From assembly GCA_963663895.2 (NCBI GenBank), contig CAXXRD010000002.1, positions 736,001-800,000 on the forward strand: a stretch of 64,000 bases of DNA, in the 5' to 3' direction. The notes beneath the pieces are model-generated. The model did not search any database. It had not been told where the DNA came from and worked only from the letters and a program-made list of their open reading frames with translations. Source of the stretch: Dehalococcoidia bacterium. GTDB lineage: Bacteria; Chloroflexota; Dehalococcoidia; Bin125. This document shows, in pieces, positions 62,325 through 64,000 of the stretch. The first letter of the stretch is position 1. Each line of letters starts with the position of its first letter. Made by a program: the position numbers and the translations under genes.

Positions 62325-63338
62325 CTACAGCACCTCGCAGGGTCCGCCGCGCCAGACCAAAGGTTTGTTGGTTTCAGCATCCACGACGCCGTCTAGCTTG
62401 GGTGGATTATCGGGATCGGCGCAGGCTTGATCGAGCTGCGCCTGGGTCAAACTGGTAGTGCCGGCAAGGGAAGCCTCGGACAGATTTGTCTCGGATAGGT
62501 TCGCGTAGCTGAGGTCTGTGTCGGTGAGCTTTGCCCTGGAGAGATCCGTGCCTGTGAGATTTGCGTCGAAGAGGTTCGCATTGGTAAGTGTCGCGAAGCT
62601 AAGCCTCGCACGGGTAAGATTTGCCCCCGAGAGTCGGGCGTCACTGAGATGCGCAATGTCGATTGTTGCGCCGATGAGTGTTGCATCAGTGAGGTCGGCG
62701 CCGTCAAGCGAGGCGCCCATAAGACGTACGCCAGCGAGATCTGCCCTATTCAGATCCAACTTGAAATTCGCTGTCCTTTCAAGGGCAGGCCGCTTTATCC
62801 AGCTAGTAGGTGTGGCGATCGCGGTCATGGCGGCCTGCACGTCTTCTCGTAGCCGAGGATGAGAAGTGGTCGGCTTCGGTTCCTCTTGAGTCGGATGGCG
62901 AACGAAAGCGCAAAGCCGGCTCATGATCTGGATGTGGTATCGCTCAGGCTCATCCTTCGCGAGGCGTTCGAGGGTGTAGATACCATCCAGACGAACCGAG
63001 AGTTCTTCGCTGTTAAGCATATCGGCGCCTTGCTGGTAGAGCTGATTCGATAGGGTCCGCTGCGCCGTAGCGGCTTGGAGTTCCGCGACTCTGCTGCGCC
63101 AGAATGCAAGCCACAGCGCGATCACGCCGCCGGCGACCAAGCCGATATTGCGGATGGTGGTGCTGCCGGACTCGCCGCCAGTCACCCAGTCCCGGAACAC
63201 GGTCGAGATCACAACGAGAGCGATCAGCGAAGCTATTGCCAACAGGGAGACCGCGACTAGTGCCGTGAAACGGCGGCGGGCGAGCTTTAGCCGGTACCAG
63301 CGGCGACGAATGTTGCGTATCCAGTTGGCGCGGCTCAT
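62325..63338 (-). CDS. Pentapeptide-repeat protein with two N-terminal TM helices
   Basis: Tandem A(D/N)Lxx repeats, VRL.GIY.LERLA, LCAFVR, DVQAAM, LTQAQLDQAC; lower GC. Confidence 0.88.
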   Translation of the reverse strand: MSRANWIRNIRRRWYRLKLARRRFTALVAVSLLAIASLIALVVISTVFRDWVTGGESGSTTIRNIGLVAGGVIALWLAFWRSRVAELQAATAQRTLSNQLYQQGADMLNSEELSVRLDGIYTLERLAKDEPERYHIQIMSRLCAFVRHPTQEEPKPTTSHPRLREDVQAAMTAIATPTSWIKRPALERTANFKLDLNRADLAGVRLMGASLDGADLTDATLIGATIDIAHLSDARLSGANLTRARLSFATLTNANLFDANLTGTDLSRAKLTDTDLSYANLSETNLSEASLAGTTSLTQAQLDQACADPDNPPKLDGVVDAETNKPLVWRGGPCEVL

Positions 63339-64000
63339 CTACTACCCACCAGCTGCAGGATCGCGGCGATGCGGCGGGCGGTGTCGCTGAAGTGCTTGAC
63401 CTCGTCGAATGTCAGCGGCCGGCCCAGGACCTTGTGCTCGCGGTAGGAGAGCCACTTCTTCAGCACCTGGTAGCCGCCGAGCTTGTAGCGCCAGACGGCG
63501 GCGGGGACGTTGCGCCAATAGGCGTGGTCGTTGAGGTAGACGTCGAACGCCGTCTCTCCCAGGGTGGAGCGCTCGGCGGCCCGGCCCTGGGCTGGCATCA
63601 CCACCTTGCCTTGTCCGAAGTATCCCCAGCCCGCCGTCACCATGAAGTCGTCGCCGGCCATGTGGCGGCCGTCGCTGGTGGCGGGCACGGCGATGGCGGC
63701 GTTCTCCGGGCGCAGCGGAGGCTCGGTCACGCCGGGGACGGGGCGCTCCGGGTCCAGCAGCGCCGCCAGCTCCCGCCCGCGCGCCGCCGATGCCGCCAGC
63801 TCGTCCGCCGCGCCGGGCGCCTCCCCATCCGGCCAGCCCGGCAGGGGGATGCGGGGCCACTCCATGCGCAGCGCGCCCGCGTTGGTCTCCCGGTAGGCGG
63901 GGTCGTGCAGCACGGCCAGGACGTGGTGGAAGAGATCCTCCACGTCTAGGTCTAAACGTCGCAGATAGTTCTTCGCGGCGTCCGAGAGGTTGGGCGCGTT
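63335..64000 (-). CDS. C-terminal specificity domain of a type ISP-like restriction-modification enzyme (5' part outside window)
   Basis: LFHHVLAVLH.P.YR, WPRIPLP, VYLN..AYWRNVP..VW.Y.LGGYQVLKKWLSYRE; frame open to the window end. Confidence 0.8.
   Translation of the reverse strand, partial: NAPNLSDAAKNYLRRLDLDVEDLFHHVLAVLHDPAYRETNAGALRMEWPRIPLPGWPDGEAPGAADELAASAARGRELAALLDPERPVPGVTEPPLRPENAAIAVPATSDGRHMAGDDFMVTAGWGYFGQGKVVMPAQGRAAERSTLGETAFDVYLNDHAYWRNVPAAVWRYKLGGYQVLKKWLSYREHKVLGRPLTFDEVKHFSDTARRIAAILQLVGSR

Overview
High-GC bacterial chromosome segment spanning the probable replication origin. The order dnaA-obgE-nadD (gyrB nearby), the hrcA-grpE-dnaK-dnaJ-prmA operon with a CIRCE element and many apparently leaderless genes suggest a Dehalococcoidia/Chloroflexota-type organism (inference). 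Most of the window is housekeeping: murT/gatD, two tatA copies, xdhC-like genes, ychF, trmO, gyrB, coaX-coaBC, pepA, rpsO-pnp-dapB-asd-dapA, purA, an acyl-CoA cluster, pyrG, tal, rho and MoxR-DUF58-transglutaminase. Two small lower-GC defence islets (about 20.3-24.6 kb and 61.4-64 kb) share one layout: an antitoxin-PIN toxin pair converging on a single-polypeptide restriction-modification gene. Notable observations: (1) a PNPase with a ~185-aa RNase E-like disordered tail behind a long structured leader; (2) three apparent pseudoenzymes (a transglutaminase with Cys->Tyr and His->Tyr, a ketosynthase lacking its whole triad that is divergent from hrcA, and an alpha/beta hydrolase without the nucleophile); (3) a 6S-like rod-shaped ncRNA candidate; (4) an oriC with GC-drifted DnaA boxes and six DnaA-trios. 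No rRNA, tRNA, CRISPR array, transposase or integrase was recognised. All calls come from visual motif recognition; no database searches were run.
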